This document shows, one piece after another, positions 1-12,438 of a stretch of 64,000 nucleotides of DNA. Both the position numbers and the translations under genes were made by a program. How positions within the stretch are numbered: position 1 is the first letter of the stretch; every line of letters starts with the position of its first letter. Source of the stretch: Chrysomallon squamiferum (lineage: Eukaryota > Animalia > Mollusca); NCBI GenBank assembly GCA_012295275.1, contig CM022671.1, positions 3,100,001-3,164,000 on the forward strand, given 5' to 3'. The notes below the pieces were generated by a model. That model was given only the letters and a program-made list of their open reading frames with translations. It was not told the origin of the DNA and ran no database searches.

Positions 1-14
1 TTCTTTTTCTACAG

Positions 15-3000
15 TCTCTAATAAAACTGCTGTAAACTTGAATACAACATCACCTGCTTTATCATCCACATCATCACTCACTTCATCAACCACTGCATCA
101 ACCACTTCATTAACCATTGCATCCACCACTGCATCAACCACTTCATCAACCACTCCATCAACCACTGCATCAACCACTTCATCACTTACTTCATCAACCA
201 CTTCAACACCCACATCACAGAATTTTCATTATCTTGACAATACAACAGTTCAGATAACTTTTATTCCCACCAAAACCTCAACATCCATTCATGTCCAAGA
301 TGAGAAAAGAGCTACACAAAGGCAAACAACTATGACACAAAAACCCAAAGCCACCACAAGTTTGGGTTTGTTAAAGACGTTGACATCTTCCACCATCAAA
401 CAGGTTCAAACTTCATCACAGACACTACTGTTACCAACAGCAGAGGTCACAAAAGGATTAGAAAACAAAAACGAAACTTTCATTCTATCACTGTCTAATG
501 CTTCAAGTAATCAGTCAGAAAAACAACCATCTACAGCCGGGGTTGAGAGAGATTCCACAGTTAAAGGATTTAACACATCACCAGAACCACCAACTGATTC
601 TGAGACAAGTTTAAACCATCTCATTCAGAGAACAGTGCCTGCTGAATCTGAAGTAGCTATAGGCATCACCACTCCATCAACAGTTGCAGCAGCTGAAAGT
701 TCAGCACCTGAATATCAGGTGACCAGTCCAGAACCATCTTCATCTAGCAGCAATCTTCCTGAATCATCAACTTCAAGCATAGATATTCCTAAACCATCTT
801 CATCTAGTAGAAGTATTCCTGAGCCATCAACATCTAGAAATATTCCAGAGCCATCAACTTTAAGTACAAGTATTTCTCAATCAACAAGTTCTCCAGAACC
901 TTCTCCAGGAGCAGAATTTGAATCAACTGAAAATCGTTTTAACAGAACTATTTCTTCAACTTCATCAAATCAAGTGACTCCAACTCAAAATATCTCAACA
1001 ACTTTTAGTGCCATACATGTACCAGCTCAGACCAGCCCAGTTACTTCACAAACAGTTAGCATTTCAAGTGTGAAAACACCATCACTTCCCAAATCCAAAC
1101 CAGAACCAGTTCCAACCCCAGAACCTGGTCATAATATAATTCCAGAATCTGATAACTCATATGGAACAATGTCATCTGGAGTAGCTGAACCTGGTCCTAA
1201 CTGGAAACTTGCTAAGAAGAAGTGGGCGTTTGCATGGCCAGCACATCTGTATTTGTTTGGCAGTATTTTTGTGTTTGTTGCAGTGTTTGTTCTCATTAGC
1301 ATGATCCAGTTATGGAGGATAAATCGCTTGCTGAGCAGAAGATATTTCTTTACTCTGAACCTGCTCATCTTCTACTTCTGTGTGCTAAGAGCATTCTACC
1401 TGCTGTTTGATGGATACAATGCAAATGGCACATTACCAGATGTGCTGCAGTACTTACTGTACAGTTCTGTTTTCCCATGTCTAACATCTGCCTTCAGTAT
1501 TTTACTCTTTTCTCTTCTTACTGCCACACAGATGCAGCTAGTTCCTCCAAAAATTCAAAAACTTAAATATTTAATTATTATAATTTTAATTCACTTCATT
1601 ATTCAAATTATATCAGACATTACTGTTGGGTTGTCAGCAGGAGCACGAATTATGCTTTTTGTCTGTCAGCTCCTGTACATTCTGTGGGGATTTTTACTCT
1701 TCTGTGGATATCTGTATGTGTTTAGAAGACTGTACTGCTCAGCAGTGAAAAGACAGAAAACCTTTCAGTACCTGTCAGCAGGTAAAAGCTACCTGGATGA
1801 GTCACACTCAGAAAATAAAAAATTTACTCTGAGTTTAGCTGTCAGAGTCACTTTAGTAGCAGCTGTCTTCGGCCTCACCACAGTGATTCTTGAGATATAT
1901 GCAATAACCAGTGTGTATGGGATTATGAGTGACAAGCAGCCTGGAGCATGGGCCTGGTGGATTTACCACACTGCACTTCGCTGTACAGAATGCCTCATGT
2001 GTTTTACAATGAGTTACATTGCCTCCCAGCCCTTCCGCTACCAGCAGAAATACAAACATGGTGCCTGTTATGTGCTGTGTGCTCCATGTCTGGAAATGTT
2101 AACATGTCACCGTGCCGATGTGTCTGACTCGCTGGGGTGGGAAAATGACAAACAGCTACATCTACAGTTGTCAGCCAGCGAGGTCAATGGACATGTCAGT
2201 GACAAGAAGAAAGTGAGCATGAAAGAAGAAGCAAACATTGTCCACGTTGCAGGTCAGCCAGGAAACTTGTCCAGACCTTCATCCCTCCTCATCATAGAAG
2301 ATGGCTATGTCCGTTTCCAGACTGACAACGACATCAACAGAATCGTTGACAGCTACACTGGTGGCCCCAAACAAGAGATGCTATCTTTCAGTGCTGAGGA
2401 TGGAATTGTTAATGATGCATATTTGACAATGGATGATCCAAATCCAACAGACAAAAGCTCATCTCATGGCTACACAAGAAAAAGTAGCCTGGCCAGTAGT
2501 GAGTACTTCCGTCCCCCATCCTCCCTCAGTCTTGCTGATAGCATGGACATGGAGATAGACAAAGCTTTCCGCAGCTTACATGAACCTGAAAGTCCACGGG
2601 GTAGAGACTGTGTTTCTTCACGTAATAAGCTGAGCAGGAATGTAGTCCAGATGAGTGACCAGGTCAGAGGACATGATATAGAAGCATATCTTGAGGAACA
2701 AGCTTCACAGCCACTGCCAATGTTAAGAAGGTCTAGGTCAGCTCTTGGAGATATTAGTGATGAGAAAAGAGAGTCATGGAGACAGAGACTGTTCCGAAGC
2801 AGAAGTGATAACTCGAGCTCTGTGAAAACCAAAGATCTTGACAATCAGAAATATTACTCACTCCTTGACCTTGAACAGCAGAGACAAGAGCAGGAGAAAG
2901 TGGAGTATTCTTCAGATGACATTTTTCTTGGTAACAGTTCTTGTGGTCTTCCACAGGACTACAGTGCAGTCAGAAACCTTTTGACTAACAGTTCTGAATC

Positions 3001-3019
3001 AGATGAAATAGCTGTCTGA
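15..3019 (+). CDS. Large terminal coding exon of a PRRT3/PRRT4-like (proline-rich transmembrane) protein: Ser/Thr/Pro mucin-like ectodomain, 7 TM helices, long cytoplasmic tail; 5' exon(s) lie upstream of the window
   Basis: Acceptor ttctttttctacAG ends at 14 (phase 1) and the frame stays open to TGA at 3017-3019, so the TTG 'start' at 38 is internal. Seven hydrophobic segments run from WAFAWPAHLYLFG to WAWWIYHTALRCTEC. Motifs W..HLY.FG, LRAFYLLFDGY and FPCLTSAF resemble the PRRT3/4 TM domain (recalled, not searched). Confidence 0.8.
60..215 (+). repeat. Coding 12-bp tandem repeat (accactgcatca/accacttcatca) encoding TTAS/TTSS
   Basis: Repeated units visible in the DNA and in the Thr/Ser-rich translation. 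Confidence 0.8.
727..910 (+). repeat. Coding degenerate ~30-33-bp repeat encoding PEPSS(S/T)S..I units
   Basis: PEPSSSSSNL, PESSTSSIDI, PKPSSSSRSI, PEPSTSRNI, PEPSTLSTSI, PEPSP. Confidence 0.75.
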
Positions 3020-3857
3020 TTCTGTTTTCAGTGTGAGTTCACAATGTTTCTTGTCTGTCTCTACAAGTTTTTTGTGATTTAACAAAAGTCCTGTGAGACT
3101 GTGCAACAGTTCTGTGTGATTTTATATCAGTTTCTTGTGAAGTACTGGAGGTCAATAGAAAGTGTAGACTAAAGCAGTTCTGTGTTTGATTTTACCCAAA
3201 TTTTATGTAGGACTTCATACCAACCCTTGCTAGAATTCAGAATAGTCTTCACAAGAGTCTGTACAACACTGTGTGAGATAATGTAACAATCTTTGCCCAA
3301 GTTCATAATTAATACTCATTTCAGCTTGATACTCATATATCACTGTACAGATTTTGGCAGCACTTTATTTTATGACACAGTACAGCTTTTGTACTGAGTG
3401 CCTGATATAATAGTTAAGTTAGTTTTGTTTTGACATATTAAATAGTATTCACAATGTTTTTTATTCAGTGTTACTGTAAACTTTAATCACTAATTTACAG
3501 TTATAAATGATGTATTTCTGACTGTGAATACTGAGATAACCAGTTTTGTAAACATTGCCATGTCTGTTGGCCTTAATTACTTAAATTATTTAAATTACAT
3601 ATAACTTTATTTATCTTCAGCTTATATATTAATGACAACTGAAGATTTCAGTTTAATTTTTAAATACTTCTTTTTTTTTCTTCTTTTCTGAAAAATACGT
3701 GCAAAGACATTTAGAGATACACATAGACATATTTTCTGTAAGCATAATAATTTGCATAGATCTCATTAACTTTCATAGCCTTTTTATGATTACTGTAAAT
3801 TTTCAGTTTATTGTAGATTCATGTGTTTTCATTATTTTTGTCCATATACCAAAGGTA

Positions 3858-3930
3858 GGTGAATTTATAAGAATTTGTCCACTATAAAGAGGTGAATTTA
3901 TAAGAATTTGTCCACTATAAAAAGGTGAAT
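3858..3930. repeat. ~33-bp tandem duplication (ggtgaatttataagaatttgtccactataaa..), about 2.2 copies, in the presumed 3' UTR
   Basis: Near-identical direct copies read from the sequence. Confidence 0.85.
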
Positions 3931-4427
3931 GTAATAAATGTGTTGACATTGTTGTATCTTTTTTGTCACAGTTAAAGAAATGTGTCAGAATTTGTTTTTC
4001 ATTGAAAAACATTTTTATTTTGAAAAAACGTTTTCATTTTTAGTCTAATAACACATGAAACAAGTGAATTTCATGATTTGAAAAATAACTATTCTTTAAA
4101 CAAAACATTTTTGTTACATTTTATCATTTCATCTGGGTTTTTCTTTATTTCTTCAAGGTCAGTTTCATATTTTACTTTATTTAAAACCTCTTCATCACTT
4201 GTACTTTATTCCCCATACAACATACAGCAGCAACATGTATGTTGAACAGTTGGGTTCCTGTGAGATATTCTCAGCCTGTTCCATTTATAATACATTGTTC
4301 TTCAGCTGCCCAGAGGTCTGTCTTTTCTCACTGTCCAGCTGGTGTCTGTTACAGTGGTACACCGCCATTTAATCTTGAACACATGGAAAACATTGCCAAA
4401 CAATCTACACTTAATATGGGTATATAA

Positions 4428-4470
<43 letters not shown>

Positions 4471-6259
4471 TCTAATATCATAGATTAATTATTACAGGCC
4501 TACTTCCTCAATTGAATATGTAATCACCCACACATATTACATTATCTTGTTAATACAAAAGTTCAATTCACTATTTAAAATATTATGTTTCATTAAAATA
4601 CGTGTTGTAATGCAGATAACACAAACACATTTTATATATTTTATTTCTTCAGACCAACCTTTGCCAAATATAGAGTGTGGTAATAAAATATAACAGCAAA
4701 AGTCAGTCTATGCATTCTCACAAAAATTTGTCATACTTTATTATTTAAAAAGGTTGGTAGAAAATGTTCCCTTATAAAATATTTAATGTGCATTTTGGCT
4801 TTTTGTTCAAATCACCTAAAATCATTTGATACTGATAAATCTAGTCAAACAATTCAAAACTTGTATTTTTTTATTCCTTCACCGATAATTATAACTTCAT
4901 TTTACACTGTACATTTATCATTTCATTTATTACCTTCACATGTTAAGTTATTATGTCACCTATTTTTTTTTTAATTTTCCTTTTCATATTTTTTATACAC
5001 ATTGTATATGATTTGTACATTAAACCATATTTCACTAATTATCATTATTAACTGAAATAAATTTCCTAAACTCTTCATTTTTTTTTTGTCTTCATTTATT
5101 ATAATGTAAAAACTGCTAACAATAATTATATATAAAAAATGTAAGTACTTAATATAAAATTCTAAAAGTGAGATACTTTTCTTTCAGAATTAATTCTTAA
5201 GTATACCTGTCATGATCCAAACAAAGAGCAATAATATATTTTATATACTTCAGTGTCTTTGTTTTATTTATATACTGACAGAAAACTTTGATAATATAAT
5301 AACAATTTCACAAACAGATGAATAAGGCAGTCATGAGCAAACTGAATGCCAAGCCTAATTTCATGAGGAAAATAATTTTATTAAAAAAAATGATGATCTG
5401 ACTCATGCAGCCTAATTGTCAGAAAGGTTTGTCCATGCATCATACAACCTTCCCTGGCAATGTCTAATGGAAACAAGAATGTGATGGATCTAAATAATTT
5501 AAAATATCTTTTAGTATAATACATCATTTGACAATCAAACTAAACCCACAGGACAATGCATAGTCGGTCATCCAACACCTGACATCTGCTTAACCATCAC
5601 CAAAGCTTCAAGCAAGCTTGTCCTGGCCATGCACAGCAAATGTGGCCAATATGAGGAAAATGCTTGCATTCACATTCATATCTCTGTACATTTTTGTTCT
5701 TTGCTTTTGTGGGTGATTGAAGTATAATAATTTCAGTGGATATATCATTGCATAAGAGACACAAATTTATATATATATACATGTTGAAGTATAATTCCTC
5801 TGATATGACAAGGTGATGTAATCAAGTTTGATGCTGGGTCTTGAAATACTGTGATAATTTGATAATTTCATTTTATGTGTGACTTTTTATTACTTTACAA
5901 ATTTGTAAAGATATTACCAGATTTTAAGCTCAGTAAGCATTAAAAAATTTATATTAACTTCGTAAACTGTTTGGCAAAAGATTATTATTTTCTGTTTTAT
6001 TTTAGAAAATCCTTTTCTGTAGCTTAAGGCAATATTTATTATTACCAAAAACATCTGTTTTATTACTGAATAAAATCAGGACAAGAATGCATTCTCTTTG
6101 ATATGTACCATCACAGTTCACATACAAGTTAAAACCTTATTTCTGACTGGCATTTGCTATCTGTAGTAGATAAGCAATTTCTGGTTAAAACTTGACTTAT
6201 TTGATAAGATACAGTGAATTGAGGTAAAAGCCTTCAGCAGTATTTTAATAAAGTGGGGT

Positions 6260-6490
6260 GAAGGTCATGACAGAGCAGTCACCCAAGATCATTCATCAGT
6301 TCATGCACGTCATTTTCTTTTTAAAGCCAGTGCCATACGACTTTTCTTTTCTGTGAAAAAAGTGCAAATAAAAGAACCCTAGCTGGTGATCAGTGAGAGT
6401 GTTTAGGTTTCTTTTCTGATGTTCCTGTAAAGTACAGTAGACATAATATTACTGGGGGTTTTTTTGGCAGAAAAGCCTAAACACATTTAA
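6260..6490 (+). mobile_element. Decayed SINE-like interspersed repeat fragment
   Basis: Core aagtgcaaataaaagaaccctagctg resembles the cores at ~21590, ~53365 and (reverse) ~27530. Confidence 0.4.
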
Positions 6491-7884
6491 AAATATTATT
6501 TATTTTCAGTAAATTGTTTTGTTTTATTTTCAGTAAATTGACAATGAACTATCAAGGTTCTAGTGGGTATGTGGAAGCCAGTATTTTCTGTGTTTCTATG
6601 ATAACATTTCAAACAATAAAAAATATTTTTTATTTTACACAAATTATGAGACACCACTGATTCACAACAGTAACTTTTCTAATTTGTTTCAAATCCTAAC
6701 AGCACAGTTTAAAACCATGCACATGTTTATACAGCTGCCCTGTTCACTGTTAAGTAATCCATCTATGGCACATTTAAAACATTATTGATATTATGGTCCT
6801 ACATGATTGAAGTTATAATTTTGAACTCAGTCTGTATTTGTTATTTTCATCAAATAACTTATACTCAGTCTTTTCGTGTCATTTGCTTTAACATTAAAAG
6901 AATTAAAATGTGAAATAATAAATAAAAAACACAAAACCAAAGAACAACACAAGGTTTATTAACAATGTAAAAATTGAATAGTCTGACAAAACCATTACAT
7001 ACAGATATGACTATGAAGATAAACAACAGCCCATGTAGATTATAAAATGGTAAGTAATAGACAGGAATAACAATCACAACAATGGACAAGTTTATCATAT
7101 TTTGATTTTCAACTCAGACTGAAAATAAAGGTAAAATTTACTGAAATCTTAACATCAACATCAATCCATGCACCTGCATGTTTGTATGTATAAGAAACAT
7201 GTGTATATTGCACACAGGAAGATACATATAATAGAAGTATGTGTGACATATTATATATATATGATATATTACATGTACGATACTTTCATGTGATATTATT
7301 TTCTATGCATAAGAAAAAAATGTACTGGTTTGGAAGATTTTGGCAATTTTAACAATAAGCTGGAAGATATGATGTATAATGTAACTTTAAAAAAAAAAAA
7401 AAATGTCCCATTAACTGGTGAAATTGAAATAATTAATAATAATAATAAAAAATATATAAACTTTTATTATAAAAAAAAAAATAAATGTGTTCTTCATTTT
7501 CTGGTTTATAACTGCTGATATCTCAGGAAATACCAAATAATCAAATAGTGTTTACAAAAATCTAAAATTTCCTCAATCGAACTGAAATATGAGAATCATT
7601 ATGAATGAAAGCTAGTATTTTATTTTTATTTTATTTAGAAAGTTACAATATAAAAAAGACAAGGCTGCACCATCAAATTTTGACCCTAAATGTCTTTTCA
7701 TAAGGCTGGTAAATTAACATGTAAAGCATGTTAGTCTTCACATGTTTATACAAAACAACACCAACAAACACTATATAATTACCAGATGAAACTATTCATA
7801 TTATTACCAAAAAAAAAACATGTAATAATAATAATATTAAGCAATAATGATAGTATTTATAATACACAATAAAAATAATTAATT

Positions 7885-7931
<47 letters not shown>

Positions 7932-9838
7932 GGTAATAATACATTAAAATTGTCTGCACTGTGACCACGAATATAGAGAGAATAATGCAAATCAACAACA
8001 CATTTTTATATAATTATCATGAAGCTAATGAATGGACGGACCACTGTAAAATTCATCAAATATTCAATTCTCAGACATCACAAATATAAGACAAACCTGA
8101 ACATCTCTTCCATACACATCTCCCCATTCTGAACTTAATACACAAAATTGTAAAAACAGAATAATAGTAAAATATTAAAAACTAAATTCAAAAGTATTTT
8201 AGCAGAAATGCAATACCAGTAATACGTAACTGGAAATGGTGAGGTCATTTGTCATTTTAAATTATTTTCAAAAATAATATTTTTAAGACTTTTTTGTGCA
8301 GAATGTGTCACAGACATGTTGGCAGTGGACATAAAACAACACTTTCATTTGTGTGGCCTAAATAAATACATCTGATGTATTATTACATTCCTATAAATAT
8401 TTTGATTATAAAATTATAAAATGGAGCTGAAGGTAGGGGCTTTTATAAAAACAAATCAAAAAAAAAAAAAACCAGATGAAATATGAGGTACAAAAAAATG
8501 GAAACTGCTTATAGCTTAAATGAAATGTAAGTTTATAAAGAAATGAAATTATTAGTCAACATGAATGACAGCTATTCCAAATAACCTGCACCAAGTCATT
8601 TTCTCTACAAAACAGAAAAGCTGTACCAATTTCTAACAATTTAAACAGAAATAAAATAAAAAGTCTGTTAATAGTGGATCTGCTTGTACTTTGGTGTTTC
8701 ATTACATAGCAACACAACAAATCCCAGGTGTTATTCTGAATGTTAACCAAGAAACTGTATAAAAATTTTGACTATTTTTATTTCTACTGCAATTATTTAA
8801 TTAAATTAATTAAATACCAAATTCTGTGGAATGTTTAATACGGAAATATTTAAATGACTGAGTCTGGATATAAACTTGATTTAAGTAAGGAAAAGCAAAA
8901 AAAATACATAAAATCAGGAATGTACATAAATTAATCACTGCATTACAGTTTACTTTTAACCAGATGTTTTCTTTCACTATTTTATCAAATGTATGTCATT
9001 ATGACAAGCTCCAATTTACAAACAAAAATCCTTCATGTAACAACAAGAACAGGAATTTCTTCCAATGTTCTAACACAAAGCACTTCTAGTCAGACAGGAG
9101 TAAAACTACCTATTGTAAAATACACACTTTTAAACTTTAAAAATCTGCATCTGCTCTGTCACACATTGTTCAATCAGATGGCTAACCACACCCACTGATC
9201 TTGTTAAACAATAATATATATATACATTTATGTTCTTTACTGTTTTTGCCAATAAATACAACCAACAGAACATAAATGGAATTTGAGGACGATTTTGAAT
9301 GCTACATGCTCATATTATCATGAAATTATATAATCCATATGTATATCATGTAGTAATAAATGGGTGCAAGTCTACTGATGTAACAGATCTTTTAAATAAA
9401 TCTGATTTTGACTAGAAAAATAAAAACAAATTATGGTCAAAAAGGTTTTGCTACAGTGGTACGTAACACCAAATCTAATAATAAATAAATATTGATGCAT
9501 ATTAGGAAAACCATCTGCTTCAACACTGGGTTAACCTATATTAAAACCAACAAATATTCATAAGACTGACTTATCTGACAATACAAATATAAAAACATAT
9601 TAACATTTAAAAAAATAATAATTTTAAAAAGTCAAATAATTATTATAGAGTCTGTTATGGTAAATCATATCAATATAAAATCAAGCCATTTATAACAATA
9701 CTACAAGTATTTAAAGAGGGAATTATCACATTAAATAAAATATAAATATTAATAAAAATACATTAAATTAAACAGGAAGTCTAACTGTTATTTGATCCTT
9801 CACCAATATAAAATCTAGAATGTGACAAAAAAAAAAAA

Positions 9839-10441
9839 TTAAACAGGCAGTCTTGTCACTGTAAAGTCTGGCACGCTCATGGCTCTCTGGTCTCTGTGAT
9901 GTGTACTCTGCATCTCAACATCTTCAATCCCGTCGCCAAGATCGGATGGCTCCACTTTTGGACTGATGCGAATTCTCAGATTTGTAAGACTCATTGTTCG
10001 TTTTGTCATCCACTCCATGACACTCTCCTCTTTGGGCCGTTGTTCTATGACCTGCAGAATACACGACCTCATGATCCTAGCTATGTCATGTATGGGGTGG
10101 TCACGTAACATCGCATCACGGAACAAAGCTATGATTTTACCACACTCCACTTTGTTCACTTTGTAACAGAGTTCCTCAAGTTCCAGTCTTTCCAGCTGTG
10201 GAATTTCATACATTTTAGGTGAAACACTCACCAGCCAGCTGTAATCAACTCCTGTCTCCTGTCTGCGTTTTTCTGCATCCTGCTCCCGCTGAATTGCTTC
10301 CAGCTCCTTAATTTGGAAGTCCACTTCTGCTAACAGGGAGTCAGCAATTGCCAGGTGCTCAGTCTGTTCAGCATGTTTGCATGCGTCATTAACTGGCCAA
10401 GCTTTCTTAAACAAAGATTTAAGGCCTATCATTTTCCACAT
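9839..10441 (-). CDS. RD3: RD3 (retinal degeneration 3) family protein, single coding exon, 200 aa
   Basis: N-terminal coiled coil followed by ETGVDYSWLVS and ERLELEELCYKV...ECGKIIALFRD, matching the RD3 hallmarks GVDYSWL and ER.QLE..C.K....CG..I..FR. ATG at 10441, TAA at 9839. Could be RD3-like rather than a strict orthologue. Confidence 0.85.
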   Translation of the reverse strand: MWKMIGLKSLFKKAWPVNDACKHAEQTEHLAIADSLLAEVDFQIKELEAIQREQDAEKRRQETGVDYSWLVSVSPKMYEIPQLERLELEELCYKVNKVECGKIIALFRDAMLRDHPIHDIARIMRSCILQVIEQRPKEESVMEWMTKRTMSLTNLRIRISPKVEPSDLGDGIEDVEMQSTHHRDQRAMSVPDFTVTRLPV

Positions 10442-10503
10442 TTATTAGTATAAGTTTCACTGCTTTTTATTTTAGATGATGTCAGTAGTCATAACAATTT
10501 GTC

Positions 10504-11049
10504 CTAAAAATAAACATAAAATAATGTTAAATTAACAGACGGAAATTCAAAGAAAATAAATTTTGAAAAAGCTTCAAAAATAATCTTAATAATTAAAAAC
10601 AATCACATGAAATTAAATCATCTATGAATTACTATCCTGGATATTTAAGATACATTTATGCATAATAAACAATTGTTTACAGTTATCACTTTATGCTTAC
10701 ATTTTAAATAAATATGAAATTGTACCGTATATGGATATTAAGAAAATGTCACATTCATTGAAATTTATATTTTCTTTAAAAAAAAATATATATATATATA
10801 TACATATATAACATCAATAATAATAATAATAATATATTCCGTCAATATAGTTCTAGCCAGATATCAACAAATCTTTCTAAAATTAACAAAAAGATCATCC
10901 TAAGTCAAACGTTTTTCTGTCATCTATGTTTTGATCGGTTACTTTGTGACTGTTTCATTTTTACTAATTCTCATACTTATTTTTTCTAGTTTTCACTTCT
11001 GATCTTATACGTTGTAACAAATAAGGTATACTGTAAAACAGTGTCTTAC
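10504..11049 (-). other. Predicted 5' UTR intron of the RD3-family gene; the non-coding first exon ends at 11050
   Basis: Minus-strand donor AAG|GTAAGA at 11050/11049; acceptor tttatgtttatttttAG|GAC with the exon resuming at 10503, 62 nt before the ATG. Confidence 0.65.
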
Positions 11050-11050
11050 C

Positions 11051-11343
11051 TTAACAACATTTAGAGAAAGCTAAACAATCCTTTAATCAAAAAACAAAAA
11101 TTAAACGATCCACCATTAACGTATCGTTTTATGTTGTATCTGCTGATTGGTTCCCTGTAGATCAGTCAGCCAATACTAACCAAGCTTGTATCTCACACAA
11201 ATAATTTCTCTATTCGCCAATTTGATTTGATATGTTTGCGAGTTTCGACCAATAAGATACAATTTAACAAAAAGGAAACTCTAGACATTAATAAACACGA
11301 AATATCGATATATGTTCAGGAAGTGTAAAGATTTTTCAGGAAA
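11051..11343. promoter_or_regulatory. Bidirectional promoter region shared by the RD3-family gene and BRK1
   Basis: CCAAT boxes in both orientations (ATTGG 11146; CCAAT 11170, 11217, 11249), DRE palindrome TATCGATA 11303-11310, ETS site CAGGAAGTG 11317-11325, and local CpG retention. Confidence 0.7.
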
Positions 11344-11470
11344 ATGGCAACTTCTCATCAGCAGCAAGGGATGCATCAAAGACCAATTCAGCAAGATTGG
11401 GCAAACAGAGAATATGTGGAAGTTATAACATGCAGCATTAAGAAAATCTCTGATTTTTTAAATTCATTTG
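11344..11470 (+). CDS. BRK1: BRICK1/HSPC300 (WAVE complex subunit), coding exon 1
   Basis: [28 protein letters not shown]; donor G|GTAAGA, phase 1. Confidence 0.96.
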
Positions 11471-11975
11471 GTAAGACTGTAGTATCAATTAATTCCGCCG
11501 TCTTTAATCAATCAGTCATTCAGTGGTAATCCATTAGAAACCTTCAGTCTTATAAGTTACACGAATTTCTTCATTTATATATAAAAGCACTTATCACAGC
11601 TTTTAATAAACTAGTTATAAATAGCCGCAATGTGAAATGGTCCGAATCATTAAGTCTTTCTGATTAAGTAATGAAGTGTTAAAGGTATTTTATAATTTGA
11701 GAATTTTCATACTGATGTGTCTATTAAGATTTAAGTTTAAAATGCTTGCAAAGAACACTGTATTATGTACAAATTTTCTGCATAAAAACGAATTTTTGCA
11801 GTTATCACTCTATGACCTATATTTTAAAGAAATATAAAACTGTACTAGTCCCTGTACACACATCCTAAAACAGATTTATTATTAAGAGAGAAAGAGAGGA
11901 TGTATAACATATATAGTATATAGTATAGAATCATGTTTTAAATAATGTAAATTTTTATGTTATTATTTATTTCAG

Positions 11976-12058
11976 ATATGTCGTGCCGGTCTCGGTTAGC
12001 AACACTAAATGAAAAACTCACTGAGCTGGAGAGGAGAGTGGAATATATTGAAGCCAGA
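11976..12058 (+). CDS. BRK1: BRICK1 coding exon 2
   Basis: Acceptor tttcAG; encodes (D)[27 protein letters not shown]; donor AGA|GTAAGT, phase 0. Confidence 0.96.
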
Positions 12059-12411
12059 GTAAGTTTTAGAAGTTTTATTAATTTTAAACTAAGGTCATTG
12101 TAAATTTAGAAACATGACTGATTTAGTCAGAGTAAGTTTCTATCCATATCCAACAAGATGTTCATTACATATACTTTCTTGTAGTATACCAGTAGCTGGA
12201 ATGGGAATTAACTCAAAGACTGGTTCAGAATATTTTTTTTTTTAATTTATTAAAGATCATTCTATATTTACTTTATTGTAACTGATTCAAATTATCTCTG
12301 TGAAATATATTAATATTGTAAATTGTAAAAATTATATTAATGAATTTTTTTTTTGCTTTTTAATTTTTTTTTTTTAATACTTAAGTGTATAAATTTGATT
12401 TCACTTTTCAG

Positions 12412-12438
12412 ATAACAAAAGGTGAAACAAAACCATAG
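12412..12438 (+). CDS. BRK1: BRICK1 coding exon 3 (ITKGETKP*); full protein 78 aa
   Basis: Acceptor cacttttcAG; matches the vertebrate C-terminus VTKGETLT; TAG stop. Confidence 0.9.
   Translation: MTKGETKP

Noticed and set aside
38-40. TTG as start codon of the 993-aa ORF
   Set aside because: The frame is open back to a good splice acceptor at 13-14 and no signal peptide follows, so this is an internal exon.
9826-9841. Poly(A) next to the intronless RD3 ORF suggesting a retrocopy
   Set aside because: The run is A on + and therefore U on the RD3 mRNA, and the gene has a predicted 5' UTR intron.
11471-11529. C-terminal part of the 61-aa ORF (GKTVVS...)
   Set aside because: Read-through into BRK1 intron 1; the protein continues in exons at 11976 and 12412.
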